A stretch of 64,000 bases of DNA, from assembly GCA_964421245.1 (NCBI GenBank), contig CAYQVW010000002.1, positions 280 through 64,279 on the forward strand, given 5' to 3'. This stretch comes from an uncultured bacterium. GTDB lineage: Bacteria; Margulisbacteria; WOR-1; XYC2-FULL-46-14. Positions 40,201 to 48,252 of this stretch are shown in pieces. How positions within the stretch are numbered: the first letter of the stretch is position 1; each line of letters starts with the position of its first letter. The position numbers and the translations under genes were made by a program. The notes under the pieces are model-generated. The model saw nothing but the letters and a program-made list of their open reading frames with translations. It had not been told where the DNA came from and made no database searches.

Positions 40201-43028
40201 TGCTTCAAGTTACCACTAAAAACGGAAACATAAGCCTGAGTAGGATCATTGTATTCTTGCAAAATTAGAAAGTGCATAAAAGGAGAGATAACAACACGTG
40301 GCTGATCACCTAAGTTATTATTACTCATCTGAGCCAGTTTATTCAAAAAGACTGATGAGGTTGAAAAAGGATCATTATCTCCATTTATGTTTACTCGTCC
40401 AGTATCAGTTGCTAGAGCTGCTGCTGCAACAAGCAGGGTAACATATCCCGGCAACACCCTACTAACAGCAGCAACTGCATTAACTTCCGCTTTAACACTA
40501 AAATTAACCTCATAAAGTAGTTTTGCTAAAGCCATCTTCGCTACTTGGACCCGAATAGAATCAGATGGTTGCGGGGTTAAAGTGTCCCACCTTTTCCCTG
40601 TAGATAATTTTAAAGTTTTTTCAATAAATGCCAGTGGATCTTCGTTATATTCCTTAATAAGATCATGCCCAACAGAGTCAGCTATCCCTCTTTGAAGACC
40701 GAATGGCATTGCCCATTCCAATACTCCCAAACAATTTGTAGCTGTATTATGTATTTTATGAGCATCTGATTTAAAGTGATTCCAAAACCACCAAGTAATA
40801 GCTCCACCACCATATTGATCAAGTAGTCCTTGAAGTTTCTCTTGATTAGCAGCCAAACGATCCATATAAGTAATTTTATTAGCATTCCCTTTAGCTGATT
40901 TTAATTGATGACGTAAGGTCGCTCTCTCTGCAAAAGCGGCTTTAAAATGAGATTGAATTTTTGGGAATTGCTTTTGAGCATATCGAGCTTTTAAAGTTGC
41001 TATCTGCTGTTGAACCTCACGTCCACCAAAGTTTACAGAAACACGTTCTGTCTGGGCAACTCCACCACCACCAGTTAATGCATCATAAACAACTGCACTT
41101 CTGTCTAATTCTTTTGGAACTGGACGATGAACTGTTAACGAAAATCCAATCCTTCTAAGAATTGCAACAGCAGGTTCATTTCCTGTTAAAGTATAGACAA
41201 CTTCTTTTCCTTGAAGCAACTTATCACCGTAGGCCTCTAGAACTCCTGCTTCCTTAGCAGATATTCTTCCAGCATTATAGGTAACCTTTCTTCTTCCCTT
41301 CGCACTTTTAAGAGCAGCTGTAACTCCAGCCTCTCCCTTACCCCAAAATGTTTTTGGATATAATGCCAAAAGAGCTGCTTTAGCTTTTGGATCAGTTAAC
41401 TTTCCACAAATATCAGGAATCTGTGCATAATCAACTCTAGTTAACTTCTTTCCTCCAACGATCTTTCTTAAAACGGCTAATTCTACCGGATCAAATCTCT
41501 TCGCATTGCTTCCTCGTTGTTCATCAATTAATGCTAAACTTGCACTTGTACTTAGATTAGCAATCTTTATTTCAGAAGGCCCAAGCCTATCAGCAACAGT
41601 CTTAACATCTTGCCCTGTTAAAGTTGCTTCTCCCAAATTAGAAACAGTTCCCCCTAATCCATCAACAACATGCTTAATCCCTTTAATAAAACTCTTTGAA
41701 GGAATTTCTGAGAAAGTACAATCTACCTTATCCCCATCAAGTTCCTTCTGGCCATGAGTATCAATCAATATTTTTGGAGCTGAGCTAATCCCCTCAAGCA
41801 ATACGGCAGCCCGTCTATCATAAGCCTTTGCTGTTTGCGAAACTACAGTTAATACAAACTCTTTCTTATAATCTTTACCAAAACAAAATTTAACAGGAAC
41901 ACCCGCTTTAAGATCAGCCTTAACATTTTTTACTAATATCTGTTGAACAATCTGATATTTGATAGCTTCTTTCCGAGTAAATTTTTGACCTTTTTCTAAA
42001 AGATAATAATATCCTTCAAATTTTGCCCGTAATAATTTGGCTAAGGCTGGCTTGGATGTATCAAGAGATTTAATGGTTTTAACTACTTTATGAGCGACCA
42101 GTACAGCCTTACTCCATCCATCTAGGCTAAAATCTTTATTTTTCCCAAGAGACATAAGCAATTGAAAACTTAAAAACAATGCCCTCAAAAACAAACTACG
42201 GTCGTTAAGATTATCATAAGTATTTAAAGCTCTATTTATATTATTAAGAAGTTCAAGATAGATTCGGTTAGCTTCTTTTGGATCCATAGAAAGTTTCTCT
42301 GAAAGACTCTTAATTAGTTTTTCTCTAGATTGCATTTTTTGACGCTGGCTGGTTAATATCTGTTCAGAATGATCGTCATAGAACTTCTGCATGGAAGTAT
42401 GGAACTCACCAGTGTATCCAGCCATTTGAAGCATATTTTGATTGTAAGTACGTTGGAAACCGGTAGATTCTAGATTAAGACCAGAAATTGAAGCTGGGTT
42501 AATAACTACAGTTGAAACAGCTTTTAGGTCTGGGTTGTATCCAAATTTATTTAAAGTAACAAATAAAGGGTCTCTTTTTGCTGGACGATATACTCGAACT
42601 TTTTCCCCACCCAAAAAGGCTATTTTATTTTCGGTTAAAGTTCCTACTCTATCAGAAGCAAAGGTATAGAACTTAACTATAAGCTTTCCTTCTGCTATAG
42701 CATTAAACCATCTCAAAAATTGAGCTCTATCTGCCGCATTTTTTATTGGGAGAAGTTTTAATAGTCTACTCTTACTTAGTAGAGCAACTGTGTCGGCTGA
42801 GATTTCTGAAATCGGAGGTTTTCCCTGTTTACTTAATTCTGCATTAATAATTTTTAGAAGCGAGGTAAAAGCGGTACGGACTTTTGATTCAAGATAAATG
42901 GTCTTTGATTTTGAATCGGTTGATACAGCAAAAGCATGTCGCCCTTTGCCAAATTTCTGCACGGAGATCTTTTTGGCATCTAGCTTTACCAATCTTGGAA
43001 AGCGGTCATTTAATGACTCAATCCCCAT
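31221..43028 (-). CDS. Giant protein (3935 aa) with internal SecA-like DEAD ATPase and hydrophobic helical regions
   Basis: Uninterrupted 11.8-kb ORF with AAGGAGG RBS; SecA-like motifs GGGKT, YALRDHAE, VGDEGD..SRTPLIISEG, RFEDGQHQALEA, ISGTM and VYSLDE. Confidence 0.85.
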   Translation of the reverse strand: MGIESLNDRFPRLVKLDAKKISVQKFGKGRHAFAVSTDSKSKTIYLESKVRTAFTSLLKIINAELSKQGKPPISEISADTVALLSKSRLLKLLPIKNAADRAQFLRWFNAIAEGKLIVKFYTFASDRVGTLTENKIAFLGGEKVRVYRPAKRDPLFVTLNKFGYNPDLKAVSTVVINPASISGLNLESTGFQRTYNQNMLQMAGYTGEFHTSMQKFYDDHSEQILTSQRQKMQSREKLIKSLSEKLSMDPKEANRIYLELLNNINRALNTYDNLNDRSLFLRALFLSFQLLMSLGKNKDFSLDGWSKAVLVAHKVVKTIKSLDTSKPALAKLLRAKFEGYYYLLEKGQKFTRKEAIKYQIVQQILVKNVKADLKAGVPVKFCFGKDYKKEFVLTVVSQTAKAYDRRAAVLLEGISSAPKILIDTHGQKELDGDKVDCTFSEIPSKSFIKGIKHVVDGLGGTVSNLGEATLTGQDVKTVADRLGPSEIKIANLSTSASLALIDEQRGSNAKRFDPVELAVLRKIVGGKKLTRVDYAQIPDICGKLTDPKAKAALLALYPKTFWGKGEAGVTAALKSAKGRRKVTYNAGRISAKEAGVLEAYGDKLLQGKEVVYTLTGNEPAVAILRRIGFSLTVHRPVPKELDRSAVVYDALTGGGGVAQTERVSVNFGGREVQQQIATLKARYAQKQFPKIQSHFKAAFAERATLRHQLKSAKGNANKITYMDRLAANQEKLQGLLDQYGGGAITWWFWNHFKSDAHKIHNTATNCLGVLEWAMPFGLQRGIADSVGHDLIKEYNEDPLAFIEKTLKLSTGKRWDTLTPQPSDSIRVQVAKMALAKLLYEVNFSVKAEVNAVAAVSRVLPGYVTLLVAAAALATDTGRVNINGDNDPFSTSSVFLNKLAQMSNNNLGDQPRVVISPFMHFLILQEYNDPTQAYVSVFSGNLKQIIAKSNKVKPSDVAKLDNFVGKLLVRVNSNGYVLAEAKKLITSGELKGLKIKDGKVVLKRAIKSPASPFELYQPEKEEDSDRKNIGQLVLDSWRLMDLFRATPKSDRPLGVALQKSLQRHYPTTHKVSFKSYEDSSFNESIPLKTSVPGLDLLEGPAPIYVVPLWISQLGAQLVHRGGKTAYHLSKSIYQTYKMMNEFRSAVEAGDLDRAEEIYYGPKLARELRAAHAAGDKAKVNKLLGEISAHKMWQKTDGAIKGSKELFGSKEQEGKTGLIFTVAGLWWGITKYMLDPRIAYRNIKLHFQKIMNGDEDIFSLATASHAASMLFWGMWGMLVTYTDYAIGKGIFRWMGGKTPGHLPVPITLKPLVWAFKPLFQVVDGKIEKVRANKAAAKQEKDLQAECERRLGVLERLAGAGEKGWHHLTNWDNSPVASRLKAVGSSALRKINRVPVLRRVVGTTGELAHRGVVSPAKKIFTLYYSGKFWGAVRTIATVGLNRPLSPFNAYEKGRYADQVRRDLGVSGRIPASVLRGFYGDYKNPLPDLNLSRQAVFTIDTDNKVRMDRRADKRFALYKGRLKRIVKLLPSRYAVTLDNGKGGEKVESLRVGRVRIVDGNAFSPVVYRGEDSEMKLEVRIGRENLFAYTSEAVVGAVEKSISEAGSFVPTRLNMDPTTNTTSGSSATDPAEEARYERAKEAEIVEVNREFDAYFRANRLDIEAIDAKRAKVSTLRGELASATKGEKKRLLKEIKGLEAEIRADAVALIERTGVNGREGNALANYKVQVRLIKGIDLSPPQLDTIISGRDGRSSQKECGGGKTVIAAGISILRVLNGEKVYVLGTHKDYALRDHAEAEIYFKQFGISTGTNKGLQGGSLGSLRRAFQADVVYTSLHDLMFVNLANRSLPLNENIPISFKRSIVGDEGDYLLVTMSRTPLIISEGAGGLEGVVEANRWGRAAAYAKSFWKTPGGMWEFGSRGVQFTEEGLEFVRTKGLNEAMRKKIIRCLEALRYIQNGQVYCDYVGKRIFIIDQELDRLMIDNRFEDGQHQALEAVCGFKIRKDTVAVQSDTSLEFLNRFDVRGGNVVFISGTMNDPTVLDFCRKLGIKIFTQTENVPRIDLTDAKSRTQGETDQQYLERRLTELDAQLSIRGRTSSPIKIIVDPSNRAQVALAQAYNGRRRSIQGQSVKLSISTIEMNETVYHKNREAKADYIAREIIALRTRSTEPIVVQLFGDSALGRMIESRLPTLAKQVTLLTHENDSVARRQRVVDTAGNPNTITLGTFNRADDIRVQQGATKVVAFLAGAGTESWSVKQAHERFARDTDNAELRPVYSLDEAAFQYDQELQSQMRRPDFNMPERQVLDAKLQVGRQIASQQGLAQAEQTLWSMNQFRDYYNWFDTVGQSFMVNGSGRVSPIQVFRRLVSEYVNFVVARSFNNPENDTYEKRRAAVEHELEVLFGKRLNINWPAEGSDAAALQRRISRGITVALFSRFDGAKFAGIAFGNTGGAFHQQFRTWFEEAREAFRSGARHAVAEMSDIYTPKGRKVDAQAMVDREVEGLFAGLRTGMGRRILEAFEREFKLFPRKLNIDLTLDVDLPEEYTPERPKAPRAPEPTPASKPAEVRPPEARKVDPKAILTKPRGRRGEVIKVGRISTTLGSGPIDAFAREMHARGVRFFDARRGVVFGSTADVDTVLRAIPENYDGTRYAVIITRGTDGTPLIHLRRMNGMIVEGQGNQYLFIDAKSRVCVRDYIAAPDGSLQIGSTHDGQNPAHIDAVAGPGAGARVWTLRNLVDGHTAPTRMVPQASSTAPTVTVRTADFNSEYEMNTHLEGLSLKEGQRVRIVGNERVSLSGVTTEDARAFRRGHQAEMAILVDSGATATMEVNGKPVPMDENGEQIKAVQKEIESKELLEAARQAKEAGKSTIQRTIKVGESELTIDIRVSDVLEAHSGREAMVRIGEAVGKANPTLDPSKAASRVLSSLIDPALNPESVPTDVPLEERMYEHTRFVEVVPGVKADKATLEKLTLDPTHEDYIAARKQLFALLDGKVPDASRVIDTLRREGLLRKIMSQGVAQETNLEALQQRAAEEVLARHRSVFGTKLLEDPQVQLEVQERALELATLERAGHLVKVELESRGISEAEFYTLCRERGIESPIDQYRLLHEQNARTINDFNLSNFKAEFPMNNLTTGQKVRYSFRRALYSSYSPVTGMGSGLVAGLLGGLLKQVAKGSQVSLGAVLKEGYQTSLHWGVFEGKKIFLSKMMKINAHTAANLVIAYDSVVHPLVHGKDADIPANLFIGAYGLVPFLYTSHKVGAHFAKTYGNKLPGRAKLLSLAAAVIVSHLTAESAQIVWQNDTWGIRTYGQIPLYAIGKPASWIFKGISPSHWVNKGLKLGFNKDMNDMGTLGMALEVGMDLTSIVAAAKLFGKTFLKRVGLKAIPVLGTAASVLESTPLQNASTETRYYDISLAQAAQGKPVVHWARSETQADVVRVSSFRAVLKNNPRFALEVALALKDVGLLKGSVAEDLVKRTGIRSLKHLYSIKDPTAIERATKAMQDLCGKVEKGAMQKVVGVFVDNSLKEKMDEKRRAFFRRVLVSGMKRFKARLRRQGHVVLEDTAWAKPEFNSATNGAFQFRYKYRPEQGREHVFDRKGFESQLVGYFTKEMQALYKAYVDTNKAYDLYQKRVATQKARVAKGCKRFLTSQKIYNARGFRAYLVSLRAEQRKARQKMAKMRKLISSLRNPKVYFDFKGADGVFTLSGERGLVKLLGENKVAVRIAGVEQTFSIEPGSMDEVQSQIVRKVVQILVKPVRRSYAKTKKYIKDISQSIKDERAVLRRIPRSSRRLSGAKFQNAYTAARWEMIQRKKNKGVAKFLDAHKQINSTWKHMKRLGMPDNPNKVLVRAYFEGRVVGARKLFYVNRLPDFNRIRSRGVNFKRFASYLRKNGQSLYWSKATEARRVRGLKRWDGAPLEVDRQYVQGRTSGLLSRDTFNALASMAYSK

Positions 43029-43047
43029 TGTTACCTCCTTTAAAATG

Positions 43048-43078
43048 AAAAAAGCACGTACCTGTTACAACGTGCTTT
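43048..43078 (-). promoter_or_regulatory. Terminator-like hairpin in the leader of the giant gene (possible attenuator)
   Basis: AAAGCACGT-N10-ACGTGCTTTTTT between the promoter motif and the RBS. Confidence 0.45.
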
Positions 43079-43130
43079 ATTTAGAATTTCCTAATTTACA
43101 GGCAAAATTAGTTAACTCTTTCTATAATAT

Positions 43131-43159
43131 ATATCGTAATAAAGGATGAATAACTTGCA
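43131..43159 (-). promoter_or_regulatory. Orphan-regulon promoter motif, type B
   Basis: TGCAAGTT-attcatcctttatta-CGATAT. Confidence 0.75.
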
Positions 43160-43218
43160 TGAAAAACAAGAAAAATACTATCAAAATTTAGCCTGTTTAT
43201 AATAAATTTTAATGGTTA

Positions 43219-46200
43219 TTATTTTGTTAATGAGCTAGCAGCAACCACTCCGGTCTCTTTGCCAACAACAATCTCGTACCAGGCGCCTTTTTTCCCAACA
43301 ATCTCAACTACTGTTCCGGATTTCAACTTTCTAATCTTCGCTTTAGTCGTAGCATTCCTTAAAACTGTATCAAATTTAACAGTTGCTTTTCCAGTCAGTG
43401 GACCACCAGAACCACCAGCTCCTCCACCTGCACCAGGTCCTTTTGGCCCCCTAAGACCACTCGGTCGTTTTCCTCCACCCTTTCCCCACTCTGATTTAAA
43501 AGCATCGTATGCTTCTTTATCCGTTCCTTTTAAGTGTAGCTTAATCGCTTTACCAAGCCCCTTCTCTCTAATATTTCCAATAACTCTCTTAAACTGCATA
43601 TACCCCATTGGTCCTAAATCATCTTTATTTTCCTCTAACCACTTATCTAATTTAGCAGCAAGAGCATCTTTTGGAGTTTTAGCCTTAAATCCTGCCTTAA
43701 CTAATTTAACAAATTTATCAATTGCCGCAGCCATCTTTACCAATCTTTCTTTATTTGCTGGATGCCAATCCCTAGTAGGTATGTGGGTAGACATAGATTT
43801 TGGAGTACCCTTCCTATTAATTTCTCCGGTCCATTTTGTCATTAATTCTCTTTGTGCTTTTCCATATGGAACCTCTCCTCTTTGAAAATCGTCCGGAGTA
43901 ATATCCAAGAAACTCCTAACTTCATCAGTAATTCCCTTAGTATCTAAAGGAACAACTTTAAATTTCTTCTCAATAGGATCATACTTTTGACCCTTAACGA
44001 CCCCTTTTCTTAAGGCCGCAAATTTTGTTGCCTCAGATTGAGGAAGCTGTGAAAGAGGGAGTGCTAACAATGCTTCTATTGATTTATCAATTTTTCCAAA
44101 ACCATCATAAACTGCCTTTGCTCCTGCCCTAAGTCCCCTTTTCGGCTCACCAATTGCAAGAGCCAAACGATCACTTGGTCCATCTTTAAAAACTAAAGCA
44201 TCTTTCCTTCTTCTTAAATATGTACCATAATACGCCTTACGTGCTTCTCTTAGAGCTTCTTTATAGGCCACTCTAGCAGCACTCCAATTTTTGCTATCAA
44301 CAGCAACTTTTGCACGAGTTAGCGCTTGATCAACTTTGTTAGAATCATATGGTGTTGATAGTGCCTTTATTTGAGCATCTATACTCCTTTTAATTTCAGG
44401 CCTATAACTTCCTTTCGGACCAAGCATCCTTCTTTCTTCCGGACTTACATTTGTTTTTGCACTTTTAGGATCCCAATTATTCCTTTGCATACGTTCAAGC
44501 GCTGTACCAAAAGCAAACTCCTCTCTCTTTTCTGGAGTTAATCCACCCTCCTCCTCTCCATCCACTACATCTCCCCCCTCTTCAACCTCATCCACTTCCG
44601 GCTCTTCCATCTCTCCACCAGCTAAATACGCCTTAACATTTTTAGCTGTAAAAGCTGCTAGTTTTTCCAACTTCCCCTTAATCCCAAAATAAGTATCCAA
44701 TACACTTGGTGGAAGCTGCGCCAAACGAGATAAACCGACATATATGTCTTTCAAAACTACTAAGTCATAGGCGGTTAAAATAGGTCCTATTCCAGCAAAT
44801 TTAGCATACTGAGCCATAGCGGCATTATGAGCTGGATTTGTTATCTTTCCCAAAAATCCAGAAAGAGTATTAACTCCGGCAAAATTACTATCTGCCCAAG
44901 CCAAGGCCTCTTTGGTCTCACTCTTTGGCACCATTTCATACCCTAGAACCTCTTTATCATTATAAATACTAGCTGCTTTGTGTAAGGCAGCATTTGGATT
45001 TTGATCATTAAGATGTCGTCTGCGAGCAAAATATTCAAGCGTTGCAAGATGATTTCTGATATCAGATATACTCCACTTTCCATCAGACGATCCATTGATA
45101 TCAGAACCTCGATCAATTAAGTCAGTTAAAACTCCGGTAACTTTGCTACCAGCAGCTTTTAAATCACTTACTTTAACCTCTTTAGCATTTGGATCTATTT
45201 TTAATCCATAAAGTTTATTGAATAAACCGACAGTCTCCTGATCAGTCATTCCCTTAACAGAATAATCGTCCCAAATCCTATCTATTTTAGCTCTAGCCTT
45301 TTGATCACTTGCTTTTGCAGCCACTGCTTTCCAATCTACTGCATCAGGAAGAATTTTTCCATCTTTGACAGTATAACGATAGTCTCCAGAAGAGATCGTT
45401 ACCTCTCTTCCTTTTGATGTAGCCTTCAAGTATTCTACCAATTCACCACTTGATACCTTCCCATCTCGAACAACACCAGCGGCCGAAGTATATTTCTCCC
45501 ATGCAACATAAGTAAGGGAATAGTCATTACCATCTGGTCCTTTAACTTTTATTTTTATTGGATCGGTTTTACCAGATCCTGCAATATCTGCTGCCAAAAA
45601 GTTTAACTGATCCCCTGAATATGGAGGAGTCGGTCTTACTTCCTTTGGAACAGAGGCTAAATCTACTGGATCAACATCAGTTGTTACCTTTGCATATTTA
45701 GCCTTTGCTGCAGTAAAATCAGCTTTTAGATCTATTGTTGCCGGAAGCTTGTCAGAAGCTACTCTTGAATACGATTCAAGAATACGCTTTGGGAGATGAT
45801 TGGTCCCACGAGTTTTATGTCCAGATCCTTCCCACCCAAAAACATCAGATAAAACTTTATTTAGTGCAACTGAAGTTGGGCTTCCAGTATTATCATTTAT
45901 AACAACCGTTTTTGCATCAGAACTTAATTCAACAGTATAATCCCCAACTTTAATTTTAAGTTTAGGATTATCTTGTAGAAGTTTTGCAATCTGTTTAGCT
46001 TCAGCCTTATATCCTTTATTTCGATCAATACGAACTTTTACTCTAAGCTTAAGTCCTTTTATTTTACTTCGCTCAAGCATGGAAGCATAAAATCCTCTGG
46101 TATTAACAGACACCCTTCTCTTCCCTGTCCTTCGAAGCTCAGCCTTAGCTCGCCTAATCTCCGCCGGTTCAGCAGGTTTACACTTATTCTTTTTGGCAGG

Positions 46201-46251
46201 AAGACTAAAGCTTCCTCTCTTTGGATCATATTTATAACAACCTATTGCCAT
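43219..46251 (-). CDS. Hypothetical protein (1010 aa) with C-terminal bacterial SH3-like domain
   Basis: Gly/Pro linker followed by GKATVKFDTVLR..KLKSGTVVEIVGKKGAWYEIVVGKETGVV; acidic linker mid-protein. Confidence 0.75.
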   Translation of the reverse strand: MAIGCYKYDPKRGSFSLPAKKNKCKPAEPAEIRRAKAELRRTGKRRVSVNTRGFYASMLERSKIKGLKLRVKVRIDRNKGYKAEAKQIAKLLQDNPKLKIKVGDYTVELSSDAKTVVINDNTGSPTSVALNKVLSDVFGWEGSGHKTRGTNHLPKRILESYSRVASDKLPATIDLKADFTAAKAKYAKVTTDVDPVDLASVPKEVRPTPPYSGDQLNFLAADIAGSGKTDPIKIKVKGPDGNDYSLTYVAWEKYTSAAGVVRDGKVSSGELVEYLKATSKGREVTISSGDYRYTVKDGKILPDAVDWKAVAAKASDQKARAKIDRIWDDYSVKGMTDQETVGLFNKLYGLKIDPNAKEVKVSDLKAAGSKVTGVLTDLIDRGSDINGSSDGKWSISDIRNHLATLEYFARRRHLNDQNPNAALHKAASIYNDKEVLGYEMVPKSETKEALAWADSNFAGVNTLSGFLGKITNPAHNAAMAQYAKFAGIGPILTAYDLVVLKDIYVGLSRLAQLPPSVLDTYFGIKGKLEKLAAFTAKNVKAYLAGGEMEEPEVDEVEEGGDVVDGEEEGGLTPEKREEFAFGTALERMQRNNWDPKSAKTNVSPEERRMLGPKGSYRPEIKRSIDAQIKALSTPYDSNKVDQALTRAKVAVDSKNWSAARVAYKEALREARKAYYGTYLRRRKDALVFKDGPSDRLALAIGEPKRGLRAGAKAVYDGFGKIDKSIEALLALPLSQLPQSEATKFAALRKGVVKGQKYDPIEKKFKVVPLDTKGITDEVRSFLDITPDDFQRGEVPYGKAQRELMTKWTGEINRKGTPKSMSTHIPTRDWHPANKERLVKMAAAIDKFVKLVKAGFKAKTPKDALAAKLDKWLEENKDDLGPMGYMQFKRVIGNIREKGLGKAIKLHLKGTDKEAYDAFKSEWGKGGGKRPSGLRGPKGPGAGGGAGGSGGPLTGKATVKFDTVLRNATTKAKIRKLKSGTVVEIVGKKGAWYEIVVGKETGVVAASSLTK

Positions 46252-46263
46252 CCATTTTCTCCT

Positions 46264-46285
46264 ATGCTTCGACTTCGCTCAGCAT
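46264..46285. repeat. REP-like element, family B
   Basis: ATGCTTCGACTTCGCTCAGCAT, in the leader of the 46251 gene. Confidence 0.65.
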
Positions 46286-46330
46286 TTAAAAAAAATCATA
46301 ATAACCCCTTAACAGGGGTCTACATTATAT

Positions 46331-46359
46331 ATATCGCATTAACTTGCACAAAACTTGCA
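46331..46359 (-). promoter_or_regulatory. Orphan-regulon promoter motif, type B
   Basis: TGCAAGTT-ttgtgcaagttaatg-CGATAT. Confidence 0.75.
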
Positions 46360-46401
46360 CGCCTTCGCCAATTTTTTTGGCTTCGGCGCACAGGCATGGA
46401 A

Positions 46402-48198
46402 TTATACAGTTCCAGCAGTTTGTTCAAAAAATATCAATTGGCTCCTAACCTCTTGATGCTTTCCTTGCTTAAATAGACCTCTAAATATTTGTTCATAAGT
46501 TGCAGCATATTTATTGTAACCTCGGTCTCTTAACCTCACTAACCCATCTCTAACTCTTTTTCTAAGCCCCCTCGCTTCTTTTAGACTTCCTAGAGATTTT
46601 TCTATCAATGGTTTATAAACTGCATATTGAGCAATGTTCCTGTCCTTATTATTATAAACATTAGTCAAAATCGCTAATGCATTTTGAGGTTTACCCTGTT
46701 TTATTCTGATCCTAGCTACTAAATAGGCATACCCTGCATGATATTTTCCATTCAATTCTTTATATCCCTTAGAAGCAATTCTAGCCTGAGTATTTGCTTT
46801 TGTATATTCTTGTACATGATAGTATTGATAGGCATTTGTTGCTGCTATCTCAACATCACACTTTGCAACTAATTCTTTATCACCCAACTTAACTGCTATC
46901 TCTCTGGCTTCAGTAAGATAATGAAAACGATCTCCATATTCAACTGAATAGTGTAGAGTACTAACTTCAATTCCTTTTGCTCGAGCATATAAATCATTAG
47001 CTTTTAATTCAAGATGCATATCCTCGTTCAAGTCAATTGATATTTGTAAACTATTCAAAGCATCAATTGCTGTTTTACCCAACTCAACATCATAAGAGTC
47101 TTTATTGTTTAATGCATAAGCAATAGCTTTTCTAGCAAGAGCGAGATCCTTAAGGGGCATCTCTTTTGATCTAGTTGCTCTTTCAACTATTGCCCCAATC
47201 AGCTTAATTTCAACTGATAAACAATAGTATTCTGAGCCCTCCTTAATCTGCGCACGAAGAGCATATAGCGTTTCTATTAATTCAGGAAGGTTATCTACCT
47301 TATGTGCTCTGTGAGCCCTCTCAAGTAATTCTACGGTTTCTCTTTGTCTAACAACTAATGGTGTATCATTAGCTCTTGCCAAAGCAGCTTTTGCATCTAA
47401 TACTGCTTCAAGCCCATTTTCAAGTTTCGCATCCAAAGCCTTATTATAGAAAATATGTGCTTCAGCCTGAAGAATTAATTCCTGAGCCTGTTCCAATCTC
47501 TCTTTTGCCCCAACCTCCTGACTATAAAGTGCTTCTTCCTTAATTTCTCTTGCAAAATCAATTGCTGCATCATATCTTTCTTCACTAAATTCCGCATAAA
47601 CAATAGAAAAACGATAAATTATAGTAACTTCCAATTTTAACGCTACTACTCCTTTAGCACTTAATCCCTTATAAGAACCATCCTCAATCTTTGCTAAAAT
47701 AGCTTTTGCTGCTATTCCTGCCTTGGCATAATCTTTTGCTTTATAATAAACATAGGCCTGAGCAAGATCCGCCACATCTTCTCTAGTATCAAACTTATCT
47801 GGTTTCGTCTCAACCTTAACAGCTCTTCTTGGAGGAGGAGCCTCTGGTTCAAATTGAAATTCTGGATAAGTAACCGGCTCTTCTTCAGCTTCTGGAGTAT
47901 GAGCCTCTTTATGAACAGTAACTTTAGACATTTGAATAGTTAGGCCATCAGATGTAGTAGCTGTTGGAGTAGCCATAGCTTGTTTGATCACTACTGCTAA
48001 CTGCTCTGCTGGTTTATTTGGAGCTAACCCATTCCCTACAAGTCTCCCTTGTAATACTGAAAGTTTTGCTAAAGCTTCTTTGTGTTTTCCTGCTTTAAAA
48101 AGACGTCGAGCCTCTTTAAGCTCCGCTGGTTCAGCCGCTGCCGGCTTATAAATCGCAACCCCTTTTATCTTGCCTATCTCTCCATATTTTGGAACCAC
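46402..48198 (-). CDS. Hypothetical alpha-helical, TPR-like protein (598 aa)
   Basis: GTG start with AGGAGG RBS; repeated A..YY....Y..A helical pairs. Confidence 0.7.
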   Translation of the reverse strand: MVPKYGEIGKIKGVAIYKPAAAEPAELKEARRLFKAGKHKEALAKLSVLQGRLVGNGLAPNKPAEQLAVVIKQAMATPTATTSDGLTIQMSKVTVHKEAHTPEAEEEPVTYPEFQFEPEAPPPRRAVKVETKPDKFDTREDVADLAQAYVYYKAKDYAKAGIAAKAILAKIEDGSYKGLSAKGVVALKLEVTIIYRFSIVYAEFSEERYDAAIDFAREIKEEALYSQEVGAKERLEQAQELILQAEAHIFYNKALDAKLENGLEAVLDAKAALARANDTPLVVRQRETVELLERAHRAHKVDNLPELIETLYALRAQIKEGSEYYCLSVEIKLIGAIVERATRSKEMPLKDLALARKAIAYALNNKDSYDVELGKTAIDALNSLQISIDLNEDMHLELKANDLYARAKGIEVSTLHYSVEYGDRFHYLTEAREIAVKLGDKELVAKCDVEIAATNAYQYYHVQEYTKANTQARIASKGYKELNGKYHAGYAYLVARIRIKQGKPQNALAILTNVYNNKDRNIAQYAVYKPLIEKSLGSLKEARGLRKRVRDGLVRLRDRGYNKYAATYEQIFRGLFKQGKHQEVRSQLIFFEQTAGTV

Positions 48199-48252
48199 GA
48201 TATTCCTCCTAGCTCAAAGGCTATATATAATGTAGATCTCTCTACACAGATA

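Noticed and set aside
31221-43028. Calling the giant gene secA
   Set aside because: The SecA-like part is under a fifth of the protein and its motifs are diverged, so it is not the housekeeping translocase.
43259-43885. 208-aa plus-strand Pro-rich ORF and the many other 60-127-aa ORFs in the track
   Set aside because: They are antisense or frame-shifted shadows of longer, well-supported genes, with no RBS or recognisable motifs.
46391-46406. Third sigma54-like site (CAGGCATGGAATTATA)
   Set aside because: Lacks the -12 GC at GG-N10 spacing and has no plus-strand gene downstream.
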